Source: Candidatus Methylomirabilota bacterium
GTDB lineage: Bacteria; Methylomirabilota; Methylomirabilia; Rokubacteriales; CSP1-6
DNA: 59,465 nt
Direction of reading: 5' to 3'
NCBI GenBank assembly: GCA_046726415.1
Contig: JBKPAK010000014.1
Coordinates: forward strand, 1 to 59,465
In this document: positions 26,916-36,229 of the stretch, piece by piece
How the letters are laid out: the number at the start of each line of letters is the position of its first letter
How positions within the stretch are numbered: the stretch's first letter is position 1
The notes under the pieces: model-generated
What the model saw: only the letters and a program-made list of their open reading frames with translations
What the model was told of the DNA's origin: nothing
The model's database searches: none
Position numbers and translations under genes: made by a program

Positions 26916-29900
26916 GCCCGGCGCTGTTCATCCGCCGGCCGGTGCTCACCACGCTGCTCATGGCGGCGGTCCTCATCTTCGGGATCATGGCCTACGGCCG
27001 CCTGCCCGTGAACGACCTGCCGAACGTCGACTTCCCGACCATCCAGGTGTCGGCCTCGCTCCCGGGCGCGAGCCCGGAGACGATGGCGTCGGCCGTGGCC
27101 ACGCCACTCGAGCGGCAGTTCACGACGATTGCCGGCATCGACTCGATGACCTCCACCAGCGCGCTCGGCGCCACCCAGATCACCATTCAGTTCGCGCTGA
27201 GCCGCAACATCGACGCCGCCGCTCAGGACGTGCAGGCGGCCATCACCAAGGCGGCGCCGTTGCTGCCGCCCGGCATGCCGACGCCGCCCAGCTATCAGAA
27301 GGTGAACCCGGCCGACCAGCCCGTGCTCTACCTGGCCCTCAGCTCGCCCACGCTGCCGTTGTACACGGTCGACGAGTACGCGCAGACGAACCTGGCTCAG
27401 CGCATCTCCACGATCAGCGGAGTCGCCCAGGTCACCATCTTCGGCTCGCAGAAGTACGCCGTGCGCGTGCAGGTGGATCCGCGGGCGCTGGCCGCCCGCG
27501 GGATCGGCATCGACGAGGTCGAGCAGGCGATCGCGCGTGCCAACGTCAAGAAGCCGACGGGCTTTCTGTCCGGCCCGCATCAGGCGGTCAACATCCAGTC
27601 CAACGCCCAGCTCACCGACGCGGCCGCGTACCGGCCGATGATCGTGGCCTTTCGCAACGGATCGCCGGTCCGGCTCGAAGAGATCGGGCGGGTCATCGAC
27701 GGTGTGCAGACCGACAAGGTCGCGAGCTGGTTCAACGACAACCGCGCGGTGGTGCTGGCCGTGCAGCGGCAGCCGGGGACGAACACCATCGAGGTGGTCG
27801 ACGGCGTCCGCAATCTGCTGCCCGTGTTCCGGCAGCAGTTGCCGGCCTCGGTGAGTCTGGACGTCGTGTACGACCGCTCGGTCGCCATCCGCGAGTCCGT
27901 GCACGACGTGCAGTTCACGTTGTTGCTCACCATCGGCCTCGTGGTGCTGGTGATCTTCCTGTTCCTCCGCAACGTCTCCGCCACGCTGATTCCCAGCCTG
28001 GCCGTGCCGCTGTCGATCATCGGCACCTTCGCCGTCATGTACGTGCTCGGCTACACGATCGACATCATCTCGCTCATGGCACTCACGCTATGTGTCGGCT
28101 TCGTCGTCGACGACGCGGTCGTCATGCTCGAAAACATCGTGCGCCGGATGGAAGCGGGCGAGAGCCGGATGGAGGCGGCGCTCAACGGGTCGCGCGAGAT
28201 CGGCTTCACCATCCTGTCCATGACCGTGTCGCTGGCGGCCGTCTTCATCCCGGTCCTGTTCATGGGCGGGGTGGTCGGGCGGCTGCTGCACGAGTTCGCC
28301 GTCGTCATCGGCACGGCGGTGATCGTGTCCGGCGTGGTATCGCTGACGCTCACGCCGATGCTCTGCAGCCGGTTCCTGCGCCCGCCCCACGCGGGGCACA
28401 GCCGGCTCTACCGCGCCTCGGAATGGGTCTTCGACGGCATGCTGCACCTGTACGACGTCACCTTGCGCTGGACCTTGCGCCACGGGCGGCTGACCATGGC
28501 CGTCCTCGTGCTCACCTTCGCACTCACCGGGTATCTCTTCACCGTCATCCCCAAGGGGTTCATCCCGACCGAGGACAACGGGACGATCTTCGCGTTCACC
28601 GAGGCGGCCCAGGACGTGTCGTTCGACTCGATGATGGCGCATCAGCGCGCGGTGGCCGACATCGTCCGGCAGCAGCCGTACGTCGAGCAGTTCATGTCGT
28701 TCATCGGCGCCAGCGGCTCCAGCACCGTGGCGAACAACGGCCGGATCTTCATCCGGCTCAAGCCCCGGGCCGAGCGGCGCCCCGTCGAGCAGCTGATCGC
28801 CGATCTCCGGCCCAGGCTGGCCGCCGTCCCCGGCATGCGGGTCTACCCGCAGGTGCTTCCCACCATCCGCATCGGCGGCCAGCTCACCAAGGCCGTCTAC
28901 CAGTACACCCTGCAGGACGCCGACCTCCAGAAGCTGTACCAGTGGGCCCCGCGCCTCTACGATCGCCTCCGCGAGCTGCCGGGCCTGCAGGACGTCAACA
29001 CCGATCTGCAGATCACCAGCCCGCAGATCGTCATCGACATCGATCGCGACAAGGCCTCCTCCCTCGGGGTGACCGCGGATCAGATCGAGAGCGCGCTGGG
29101 CGCCGCCTACGGATCCCGGCAGGTCTCCACGATCTACACGCCGACCAACCAGTACTGGGTCATTCTGGAGGTCGACCCCCGGTACCAGCAAGACGCGACC
29201 GCGCTCGCGCGGCTGAACGTTCGCTCGAGCAGCGGCCGGCTGGTGCCGCTCGACGCCATCACGACACTGACGCCCGGGCTGGGGCCGCTGGTGGTGACGC
29301 ACCTCGGCCAGCTGCCCTCGGTGACGATCTCCTTCAACACGAAGCCGGGCGTGTCGCTGAGCGACGCGGTGGCGCAGGTCGACGCCGTGCAGCGCGAGTT
29401 ACGGGTCCCGGCGACGCTGAGCGCGACCTTCCAGGGTACAGCCCAGGCGTTCCAGGACTCGCTGCGCGGCCAGGGTCTTCTCCTCCTCATCACCGTGCTC
29501 GTGATCTACCTCATCCTCGGGATCCTGTATGAGAGCTTCATCCACCCACTCACCATCCTATCCGGGCTGCCGTCGGCCGGAGTGGGCGCACTCGCGACGC
29601 TCTTGCTGTTTCGGATGGAGCTGAACGTCTACGGCTTCGTCGGCCTGATCATGCTCGTCGGCATCGTGAAGAAGAACGCGATCATGATGATCGACGTCGC
29701 ACTGGAGCGAGAACGGGCGGGGGTCCCGCCGAGCGAGGCGATCTACCAGGGCTGCCTGCTGCGCTTCCGGCCGATCATGATGACGACGATGGCCGCCCTG
29801 CTGGGGACCCTGCCGATCGCGCTCGGCATAGGCGCCGGCGCCGACGCCCGCCGACCCCTGGGTCTCGCCGTGGTTGGCGGTTTGCTCGTGTCCCAGCTCC

Positions 29901-30064
29901 TGACCCTCTACATCACGCCCGTCCTGTACCTCTACATGGAGTCAGCGCACAGGTACCTGTCCGCTCGGCCGATCTCGGGGATTTTCTTCTGGCGCCGGGT
30001 CCGCCGGTCAAGTCCCGGCACCCCCGCCTCGCTCCCTCGACCCTCGCGGCCGGCTTCCGCTTGA
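26912..30064 (+). CDS. RND efflux permease (MdtB/MdtC-like)
   Basis: Start reassigned to MSPALFIRRPV (ATGA overlap); PGASPETMAS, KVNPADQP, GFVVDDAVVMLENI, GIVKKNAIMM, RFRPIMMTT. Confidence 0.96.
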   Translation: MSPALFIRRPVLTTLLMAAVLIFGIMAYGRLPVNDLPNVDFPTIQVSASLPGASPETMASAVATPLERQFTTIAGIDSMTSTSALGATQITIQFALSRNIDAAAQDVQAAITKAAPLLPPGMPTPPSYQKVNPADQPVLYLALSSPTLPLYTVDEYAQTNLAQRISTISGVAQVTIFGSQKYAVRVQVDPRALAARGIGIDEVEQAIARANVKKPTGFLSGPHQAVNIQSNAQLTDAAAYRPMIVAFRNGSPVRLEEIGRVIDGVQTDKVASWFNDNRAVVLAVQRQPGTNTIEVVDGVRNLLPVFRQQLPASVSLDVVYDRSVAIRESVHDVQFTLLLTIGLVVLVIFLFLRNVSATLIPSLAVPLSIIGTFAVMYVLGYTIDIISLMALTLCVGFVVDDAVVMLENIVRRMEAGESRMEAALNGSREIGFTILSMTVSLAAVFIPVLFMGGVVGRLLHEFAVVIGTAVIVSGVVSLTLTPMLCSRFLRPPHAGHSRLYRASEWVFDGMLHLYDVTLRWTLRHGRLTMAVLVLTFALTGYLFTVIPKGFIPTEDNGTIFAFTEAAQDVSFDSMMAHQRAVADIVRQQPYVEQFMSFIGASGSSTVANNGRIFIRLKPRAERRPVEQLIADLRPRLAAVPGMRVYPQVLPTIRIGGQLTKAVYQYTLQDADLQKLYQWAPRLYDRLRELPGLQDVNTDLQITSPQIVIDIDRDKASSLGVTADQIESALGAAYGSRQVSTIYTPTNQYWVILEVDPRYQQDATALARLNVRSSSGRLVPLDAITTLTPGLGPLVVTHLGQLPSVTISFNTKPGVSLSDAVAQVDAVQRELRVPATLSATFQGTAQAFQDSLRGQGLLLLITVLVIYLILGILYESFIHPLTILSGLPSAGVGALATLLLFRMELNVYGFVGLIMLVGIVKKNAIMMIDVALERERAGVPPSEAIYQGCLLRFRPIMMTTMAALLGTLPIALGIGAGADARRPLGLAVVGGLLVSQLLTLYITPVLYLYMESAHRYLSARPISGIFFWRRVRRSSPGTPASLPRPSRPASA

Positions 30065-30170
30065 CGCCCAAGCGCCTGGCGCGCTCGGGGCGCCGTACTC
30101 CCCTCCTGCGGCTTGCGCATCCCTGCGAAAAGGAGACGGCGGCATGCCCTCCGGGTCATGGACACATGGC

Positions 30171-30661
30171 TCACGCCCACCGGACCGTGATGGGGAGTGA
30201 CTTCGCCCCGAAGACATTGTCGTAGTACTCGATACCCGCCTCGGGCGTGATCTGGATGTCGGCGAACCGGCTCAGCAGCAGGTCCACGGCAATCCTGCCT
30301 TCGAGCCTGGCCAGCGGTGCGCCCAGACAGAAGTGCACGCCGTGGCCGAAGGCCATCTGCTCGTTGGGGCTCCGCCGGATGTTGAAGCGTTCCGGGTCAG
30401 TGAACTGTCGCTCGTCATGATTCGCCGAGAGTAGCCAGAGCATCACGAGTTGATTGGCCGGTATGACCTGGCCGGAGAGCTCCACAGCCCGCTTGGTCAA
30501 CCGGACCATCTGGGGGAAAGGCGATCGGAGCCGCAACACTTCTTCGAGCGCCATCGGTCTCTCCACACGGGTCGACGATCGCGCATCTCGCGCAACCAGG
30601 CGAACAGGGCGCGTCCCCGCTCCTGTGCGAAGGAAGGGATGGTGGGTACGTGTTCGGTCAT
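30171..30661 (-). pseudogene. Cytochrome P450 with a large internal deletion and frameshift
   Basis: N-terminus MTEHV...LFAWLREMRDRRPVWRDRW in one frame joins directly to the K-helix PMALEEVLR and haem motif FGHGVHFCLGAPLARLE in another frame. Confidence 0.9.
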
Positions 30662-30682
30662 CGCTCGTAGGGGGCACACCGG

Positions 30683-31072
30683 TCAGGGACCCGCGTCGCC
30701 GCGCCGGAGCGCGCTGCGGATGGCGTCGAGCAGGACGTCGCCGTGGACCGGTTTGCGGAGGAAGGCGCGCGCGCCGGCCTGCAGGGCGCGCTGGCGAGCG
30801 TGCTCGTCACCGTGAGCAGTCAAAATGACCACCGGGATCCCAGAGCCCGTGTCCGCCAGATGTCTGAGCAGGTCGAGGCCACTCATCCCGTCTAGCCGCA
30901 AATCGAGCACCAGGCAGCCGATGGCCTGACCAGAGGCCGACGCCAGGAACTCTTCCGCGGACGCGAACGCCGCCACGCGAAAGCCCACTGAGCCCAGGAG
31001 ATTCCTGAGCGATCGACGCAGCGATTGGTCGTCGTCCACGATTGCCACTAACCTGGTGTCGTGCTCGTCCAT
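30683..31072 (-). CDS. Stand-alone receiver (CheY-like) protein; alternative start 31108
   Basis: IVDDDQSLR, CLVLDLRL, ILTAHG, FLRKP; clear paralogue of 12795..13151. Confidence 0.9.
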   Translation of the reverse strand: MDEHDTRLVAIVDDDQSLRRSLRNLLGSVGFRVAAFASAEEFLASASGQAIGCLVLDLRLDGMSGLDLLRHLADTGSGIPVVILTAHGDEHARQRALQAGARAFLRKPVHGDVLLDAIRSALRRGDAGP

Positions 31073-31142
31073 GCGCGCCGCCAATCTGTCGGGGAGTTGG
31101 GACTCCATGACTGCAGGGTAAGGAGGCGGGCGGGAAGCGTCT

Positions 31143-31160
31143 ACCCTACTTTGGTGGGGT
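31143..31160. promoter_or_regulatory. Imperfect palindrome ACCCTAC-N4-GTGGGGT overlapping the regulator stop codon
   Basis: Same arm/spacer geometry as the 13206 box and likewise upstream of a receiver gene. Confidence 0.45.
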
Positions 31161-31790
31161 TTGGCTGGGCCCGGAGGGGGTAACGCCGAGCCGCGAGGCG
31201 GTCCGGACCAGATCGGCCAGCGACGCGGCCTGCATCTTCAGCAACACCTGCGCGCGCTGTTCCTTGACGGTGTTCTCGCTGGTCCCCAATCCGGCGGCGA
31301 TCTGCTTGTTGAGGAGCCCGGCGACGATCCCGGCCATCACGTCCCGCTCGCGTGGGGTCAAGGTGTCGTAGCGGCGACGAAGCTCGGCAAGTTCTCGGCG
31401 GTCCCGGCGCGCCATTCGATCGCGCTCGATCGCGTTGCGAATCGCGTCGAGCAGATCCTGCTCGCGAAACGGCTTCGTCAGAAATTCGACCGCTCCTGCC
31501 TTCATGGCCCGCACCGACATCGGTATGTCCCCGTGCCCGGTCAGGAAAATGATCGGCAACGGCGCATCCCTATTGGCGAGTTCTCGCTGAAGGTCCAGAC
31601 CGCTGAGCCCCGGCAGGCGCACGTCGAGCACTATGCAGCTCGGAGCGTCAGGCTGGGAGGCGGCCAGGAACGCTTGCGCGGTCGGGAAGACCTCGACGGT
31701 CAGCCCGACGGACGCGATGAGCCGGCGGAGAGCGTCGCGGACCGAGTGGTCATCGTCGACCACGAAGACGATGGGCCCCGGCGAGCTCAT
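31146..31790 (-). CDS. FixJ/NodW-family response regulator
   Basis: [35 protein letters not shown]; paralogue of 5129..5761. Confidence 0.93.
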   Translation of the reverse strand: MSSPGPIVFVVDDDHSVRDALRRLIASVGLTVEVFPTAQAFLAASQPDAPSCIVLDVRLPGLSGLDLQRELANRDAPLPIIFLTGHGDIPMSVRAMKAGAVEFLTKPFREQDLLDAIRNAIERDRMARRDRRELAELRRRYDTLTPRERDVMAGIVAGLLNKQIAAGLGTSENTVKEQRAQVLLKMQAASLADLVRTASRLGVTPSGPSQTPPK

Positions 31791-32167
31791 CGCTCACCCG
31801 GGAGGGCAACACGGAACGTGGCGCCGTGGTCGGCGTTCGCCGGCGCCCAGAGCGGCCCTCCATGCCGGTCGACCATCGAGCAGCCGATCGACAGACCCCT
31901 ACCGAGGCCGCCCGTCTTGGTCCTATAGAACGCACCGGAAAGGCGGTCCGCAGTTTCGCGGAAGCCGCCTCCGGCGTCCTCGGCGGTGAGGACCGCCCAG
32001 GAGTCGCCGTCGGTCGAGCGGATGACGATGCAGGGCCGCTCGGGCGGAACTTCGTGGACGGCCTTCATCGCATTCAGCAGTAAGTTCGGGAGAACCGGCT
32101 CGAGCTGAATCTGGTCAGCCATGACGGGCGGCAGTCCCTGAGGGCCAGGTGGGGCGCGGCGGAACAC
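31787..32167 (-). pseudogene. Degenerate HATPase_c remnant of a histidine kinase
   Basis: QLEPVLPNLLLNAMKA, EDAGGG, FYRTKTGGLGRGLSI, HGGPLW, GATFRVALP; no H-box or sensor region; several consensus residues eroded. Confidence 0.85.
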
Positions 32168-32344
32168 CAGAGCCTACACCTCCCGACAACCGGATGGTGA
32201 AGCAACCGAAAGGGGTTGTCAACCAGCGCGATGAGAGGTCACCGCGGCCGGGTCACCGAGCGGTCAGTTCTTGCTGAAATCGATCGCCCCCCCCCGGGCT
32301 GCTGCGCATGCATTCCGCATCTTCAAGACGAGCGAGGTCGCACC

Positions 32345-32512
32345 ATGGACATACCGTTCCTGAAGGCCTTCACCGAGTGCATCACCAGCCCAATTCCGAT
32401 CGGGCCCGTGGTCGTCACCGTGGGCGAGTTGTCGATCATCGCCTTCGTGGGCAGCGCTATCGTGATGACCGTCGCCATCGCCCTGGTCCTGCGCCTGACG
32501 CGCCGATCTTGA
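32345..32512 (+). CDS. Small membrane protein, 55 aa
   Basis: GAGGT RBS; one TM helix followed by RLTRRS; GC3-rich codons. Confidence 0.6.
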   Translation: MDIPFLKAFTECITSPIPIGPVVVTVGELSIIAFVGSAIVMTVAIALVLRLTRRS

Positions 32513-32782
32513 AGTGGCAGACTGGCGGCGACACTGTCCGGCGAGCCAGGACGCCCTCGTTACGCCGCGGCCCCGTGCCGGCCGTGCCAGGGCCATTTGA
32601 CTGCAGCACGGCTGAAGGTTCCAGGATGACGGGCCAGCGCGGCCCCGATCCAGACCATGTCGCCGAGGGCGCGCGCTAACAAATCGGTAGCCTGGCCTGG
32701 CACTGGCCTCGGGCGGCGACGGCGCGCACCGCCGGCGCGCGAATGTGCTCAAGACGCCTGGGGTGACAACGCGGTCGGATGG

Positions 32783-33787
32783 TTAGAAATCGCGGATCTG
32801 GGGCATCACGTCGCGGCCGATGCGTTCGAACGACCGCAGCATGAGCTGGTGATCGCCAACGATGTGGCGCACCATCACGTAGTCGAAGCCCATGTCTCGG
32901 TATCGGCTCAGATCTCGGACGATGGTGTCCGCACTTCCCACGAGAAGCTGATCGAGGCCGGTGCCGCGATACCCCTCGGCGAGGATGGAGCCGACGACCG
33001 CGCGCGCCTCCTCGTCGGACTCGCCGACATAGATGTCACGACGCAACACCGGCCGCGGTGGGCGTCCGGAGCGAGCTGCCGCCCTCCGGTACAGCTCGAG
33101 CTGCTGCCTGAGTTCCTCGTCCGCCGCGTTCTGCCCCGTCAGCCAAGCATCACCGAGCCGTCCCGCGCGCTCGGCGGATGCTGGCACCGTCCCCCCGAGC
33201 CAGATCTCCACGGGGACCCGGGGCAGAGGGCTGATGGTAGCGCCCTCTAGCGCGTAGTAGCGGCCGGCGTGGGTGACGCGCTCGCCGGAGAGGAGTGCCT
33301 TCACCACCGTCACCACTTCCTCGAGCCGGCCGACCCGGCTGCGTTCCTCCATGCCGAACGCTTGAAACTGCTGGGGGCGGCCGCCCAGGACGAATGTCAC
33401 GATGAGCGGCCCCTCGGCGAACGCGGCGAGCGTGCCGATCTGCTCGGCCAGCAGGAGCGGATGGTAGAAGGGGGCGAGCAGGACCACACCGATAGGCATG
33501 TTGCCAGTCACGCTCATCAGGCGAGCGACGGTGGGCATCGGGGAGAACGTTGCCGAATAGGCGGGGTGTGCGGCATGACTGTCTCCGGTTAGGAGCGCGT
33601 CCAGCCCGGCCGCGCGCGCCGCAGCCGCGACCTCCAGCAGGTTGCGCGCCTGTTCGTCCGGCGAGTACGCGCCCATGGGCCGCTCGATGAACGCCCCCTT
33701 CGGCATCGTCGCGAGGATGGTTCGGAACCGTTCATGGGTGGCCGGCGAGGTCGGAAAGAGGAACCGAACGGATGTGCCGAGCTTCAT
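32783..33787 (-). CDS. LLM-class flavin-dependent oxidoreductase
   Basis: MKLG start, AARAAGLDALLTGDSH, HPLLLAEQIGTL, WLGG...AERAGRLGDAW. Confidence 0.88.
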   Translation of the reverse strand: MKLGTSVRFLFPTSPATHERFRTILATMPKGAFIERPMGAYSPDEQARNLLEVAAAARAAGLDALLTGDSHAAHPAYSATFSPMPTVARLMSVTGNMPIGVVLLAPFYHPLLLAEQIGTLAAFAEGPLIVTFVLGGRPQQFQAFGMEERSRVGRLEEVVTVVKALLSGERVTHAGRYYALEGATISPLPRVPVEIWLGGTVPASAERAGRLGDAWLTGQNAADEELRQQLELYRRAAARSGRPPRPVLRRDIYVGESDEEARAVVGSILAEGYRGTGLDQLLVGSADTIVRDLSRYRDMGFDYVMVRHIVGDHQLMLRSFERIGRDVMPQIRDF

Positions 33788-33934
33788 CGGGTCGAGCGAG
33801 GCGCTGGACTCATGGATGCGGCCCGGCGCGAGGCGCTCCACCGCCAAGCGGAGGCGCGCCTCGATTCCGCGTCAGCTGAGGAGGTCCGACATCGCTCCCG
33901 TCCGCACACCTCGCGCCGTCTCGATTCTGCGGGC

Positions 33935-34870
33935 CTACCGGAGAACCGGCGCGTACTTGCCGGTGAGCTGGGGCGTGGTGCCCTCCTGGTTCTTCTCCTG
34001 CCGCTCCAGACGCGTCTCGCGCGCCCAGGCGCGCTTGAGGTCATCGCGGATGTTGAAGCGCAGACGGCCCAGTCCTTCCGACTCCAGCTCGACCACGTCC
34101 CCGTTCTGGAAAGCGCTCAGTCCGCGGTGGTTGGTTCCGGTGGCGAGGATGTCACCAGGCTCGAGGGTGTGGATGGCGGTGACCCACTCGAGGCAGCGGG
34201 GGATCTTGTGCGCCATATCGCTGGTGTTGAAGTTCTGCTTGAGCACACTGTTCACCCAGAGTCTCACCTGAAGCCCGTGCGGATCGGCGATCTCGTCGGC
34301 CGTCACCAGGTAGGGCCCGATGGGGGCGAAGGTGTCGCGCGACTTCATCTGATAGAACGTGTTGCCGGCCGGCGGCAGACCGCGGGCCGAGCCGTCGATA
34401 AAGTTCACATACCCGAAGACGTAGCTCATGGCATCCGCGGCGCTCACGTGGGACGCGCGTTTGCCGATGACCACCGCGACTTCCGCCTCGCCTTCGAAAA
34501 TCGTGGCCGGAACGTCAGGGAGCACCATGGTGTCGTTCTGGCCGATGATGGCACTCGGGGACTTGTGGAACGCGTTGATGGGCGCCGGCTCGCTCCGCGT
34601 CCCGTCCTCCATGTAGTTCACGGCCATGCAGTCGATGTTGGCCGGCTTGGGAAGGGGGGGACGGATCCTCACCTGGCTGACGGGAACGCCCTGCCCCCGA
34701 CTGACTGCCTCGTCGAGGGGCCGTCGATAGTCGGCGAACCGCTCGATGAGCCCCTTGATGACGTCGTGAGGTCCGAGGCGTGGGATATCCGTCACGACGC
34801 TCGACACGTCGACCACGAGGTCGCCCTTCAGCACACCTAGCTTGAAGTCGTCGAAGAAGAGGAGTTTCAC
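33935..34870 (-). CDS. Fumarylacetoacetate hydrolase family protein
   Basis: AGGAGG RBS; AVNY, FHKSPSA, EGEAEVAVVIGK, DGSAR, KSRDTFAPIGP, LEPGDILATGT. Confidence 0.92.
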   Translation of the reverse strand: MKLLFFDDFKLGVLKGDLVVDVSSVVTDIPRLGPHDVIKGLIERFADYRRPLDEAVSRGQGVPVSQVRIRPPLPKPANIDCMAVNYMEDGTRSEPAPINAFHKSPSAIIGQNDTMVLPDVPATIFEGEAEVAVVIGKRASHVSAADAMSYVFGYVNFIDGSARGLPPAGNTFYQMKSRDTFAPIGPYLVTADEIADPHGLQVRLWVNSVLKQNFNTSDMAHKIPRCLEWVTAIHTLEPGDILATGTNHRGLSAFQNGDVVELESEGLGRLRFNIRDDLKRAWARETRLERQEKNQEGTTPQLTGKYAPVLR

Positions 34871-35043
34871 GGTACCCTCCTGTCGGTGATTCTGAGTTGC
34901 GGCGATGCCGACGCCGCCGCCGAGTATAACCTCGCCGGGGCCGCCATTGTAGGGTGTCGCCGTGCACGAGCCACCACGGCGCGGTAGGGCTGGCCGGGTA
35001 GGGTGGCCGCAGTGACCAAGCTGGACCCGGCAACCCCATCCAG

Positions 35044-35138
35044 CTCTCCTACGAGCGCGTCTTCTGGATCCTCGCGGGGGCGCTCGTGCTGGTCAGCGTG
35101 GCCGTCCTGATGGCGGACACCGACGCCAGCAGCTCATG
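35044..35138 (+). pseudogene. Fragment of a membrane protein (MFS-like last helix)
   Basis: Translates as LSYERVFWILAGALVLVSVAVLMADTDAS with coding-like codon usage but no in-frame start. Confidence 0.35.
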
Positions 35139-35197
35139 GGCCTCTATCGACACGCCTCCCGCGCTCGGCGCGCGCGGGCACTCCTTGCGCCGATGCT

Positions 35198-36040
35198 TCA
35201 GCGCCCGACCACGCGGTTCTTCTGCGCGCCGAGGCCCGTGATGCCCATCTCGAGGACGTCGCCGGGCTGGAGGTAGCGCGGCGGTTTCATGCCGTGGGCG
35301 ACCCCGGCCGGGGTCCCCGTCGAGATGACGTCGCCGGCCCGCAGCGACATGAAGCGGCTGACATAGGCCACGAGCTGGCGCACCGTGAAGATCATGTTGG
35401 CGGTGTTGCCGCGCTGACGCGACTCGCCGTTGACGACCGTCCAGACCTCGAGCGCCTGCGGATCGCGGATCTCATCAGCGGTGACGAGCCACGGGCCGAT
35501 AGGGGCGAAGGTGTCCGCGCTCTTACCCTTGGTGGTCGTCCCACCGTGCTCCATCTGGAACGCCCGCTCGGAGACGTCATCCACGATGCAATACGCGGCG
35601 ACATGCTTCATCGCGTCCGCCTCGCTGACGTCGCGCGCATCGCGGCCGATCACCGCTCCCAGCTCGACCTCGTAGTCGAGCTTCACGGCGTCGCGCGGCC
35701 GGACCACCGCGTCGTTGGGGCCGTTGATCGCGCTGTTCGCCTTGATGAAGAGGAGAGGCTCCGTCGGCAGGGGCAGTCCAACCTCCTGGGCATGATCCGT
35801 GTAGTTGAGGCCGATGCAGACGAGCTTGCCGATGCCGACCAGGGGGCAGCCGAGCCGAGGCCGCCCGCGCACGACGGGAAGCCGCGCTACCGTGGCGCCC
35901 CGCAAGCGCTTCAGGCCGGCCGGCGAGAGGGCATCCGGCGTGATGTCCTTCACCACGCGCGACAGGTCACGCAGCATTCCATCGGCATCGATCAGCCCGG
36001 GTTTCTCCGCTCCGGCACGTCCGTATCGCACGAGCTTCAT
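35198..36040 (-). CDS. Fumarylacetoacetate hydrolase family protein (YcgM/ureidoglycolate lyase-like)
   Basis: MKLVRYG...EKPG, CIGLNYTDH, DYEVELG, DVSERAFQ, KGKSADTFAPIGPW, GDVISTGTPAGV. Confidence 0.93.
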   Translation of the reverse strand: MKLVRYGRAGAEKPGLIDADGMLRDLSRVVKDITPDALSPAGLKRLRGATVARLPVVRGRPRLGCPLVGIGKLVCIGLNYTDHAQEVGLPLPTEPLLFIKANSAINGPNDAVVRPRDAVKLDYEVELGAVIGRDARDVSEADAMKHVAAYCIVDDVSERAFQMEHGGTTTKGKSADTFAPIGPWLVTADEIRDPQALEVWTVVNGESRQRGNTANMIFTVRQLVAYVSRFMSLRAGDVISTGTPAGVAHGMKPPRYLQPGDVLEMGITGLGAQKNRVVGR

Positions 36041-36229
36041 CGCATCCGCTCTCCTGTCGCTCACGAGCGGTACCGGCACGCTCGCTCCAGCGACGTCAAC
36101 ACCTGGATCTCCGGAATGGCCAGACAGCTCCGCCGAGGGTACTACCTATTACAAAGTCGGTTCGAGCCGTCAAGGGACGGGCGGCTCGTCCGCTCATGCT
36201 CTCTCACGTGGGCGGGGATGGCGGGGCGT

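Noticed and set aside
30171-30677. Functional miniature P450 of 168 aa
   Set aside because: It lacks the I-helix and substrate-binding region, and its first 40 residues are an off-frame reading of the true N-terminus.
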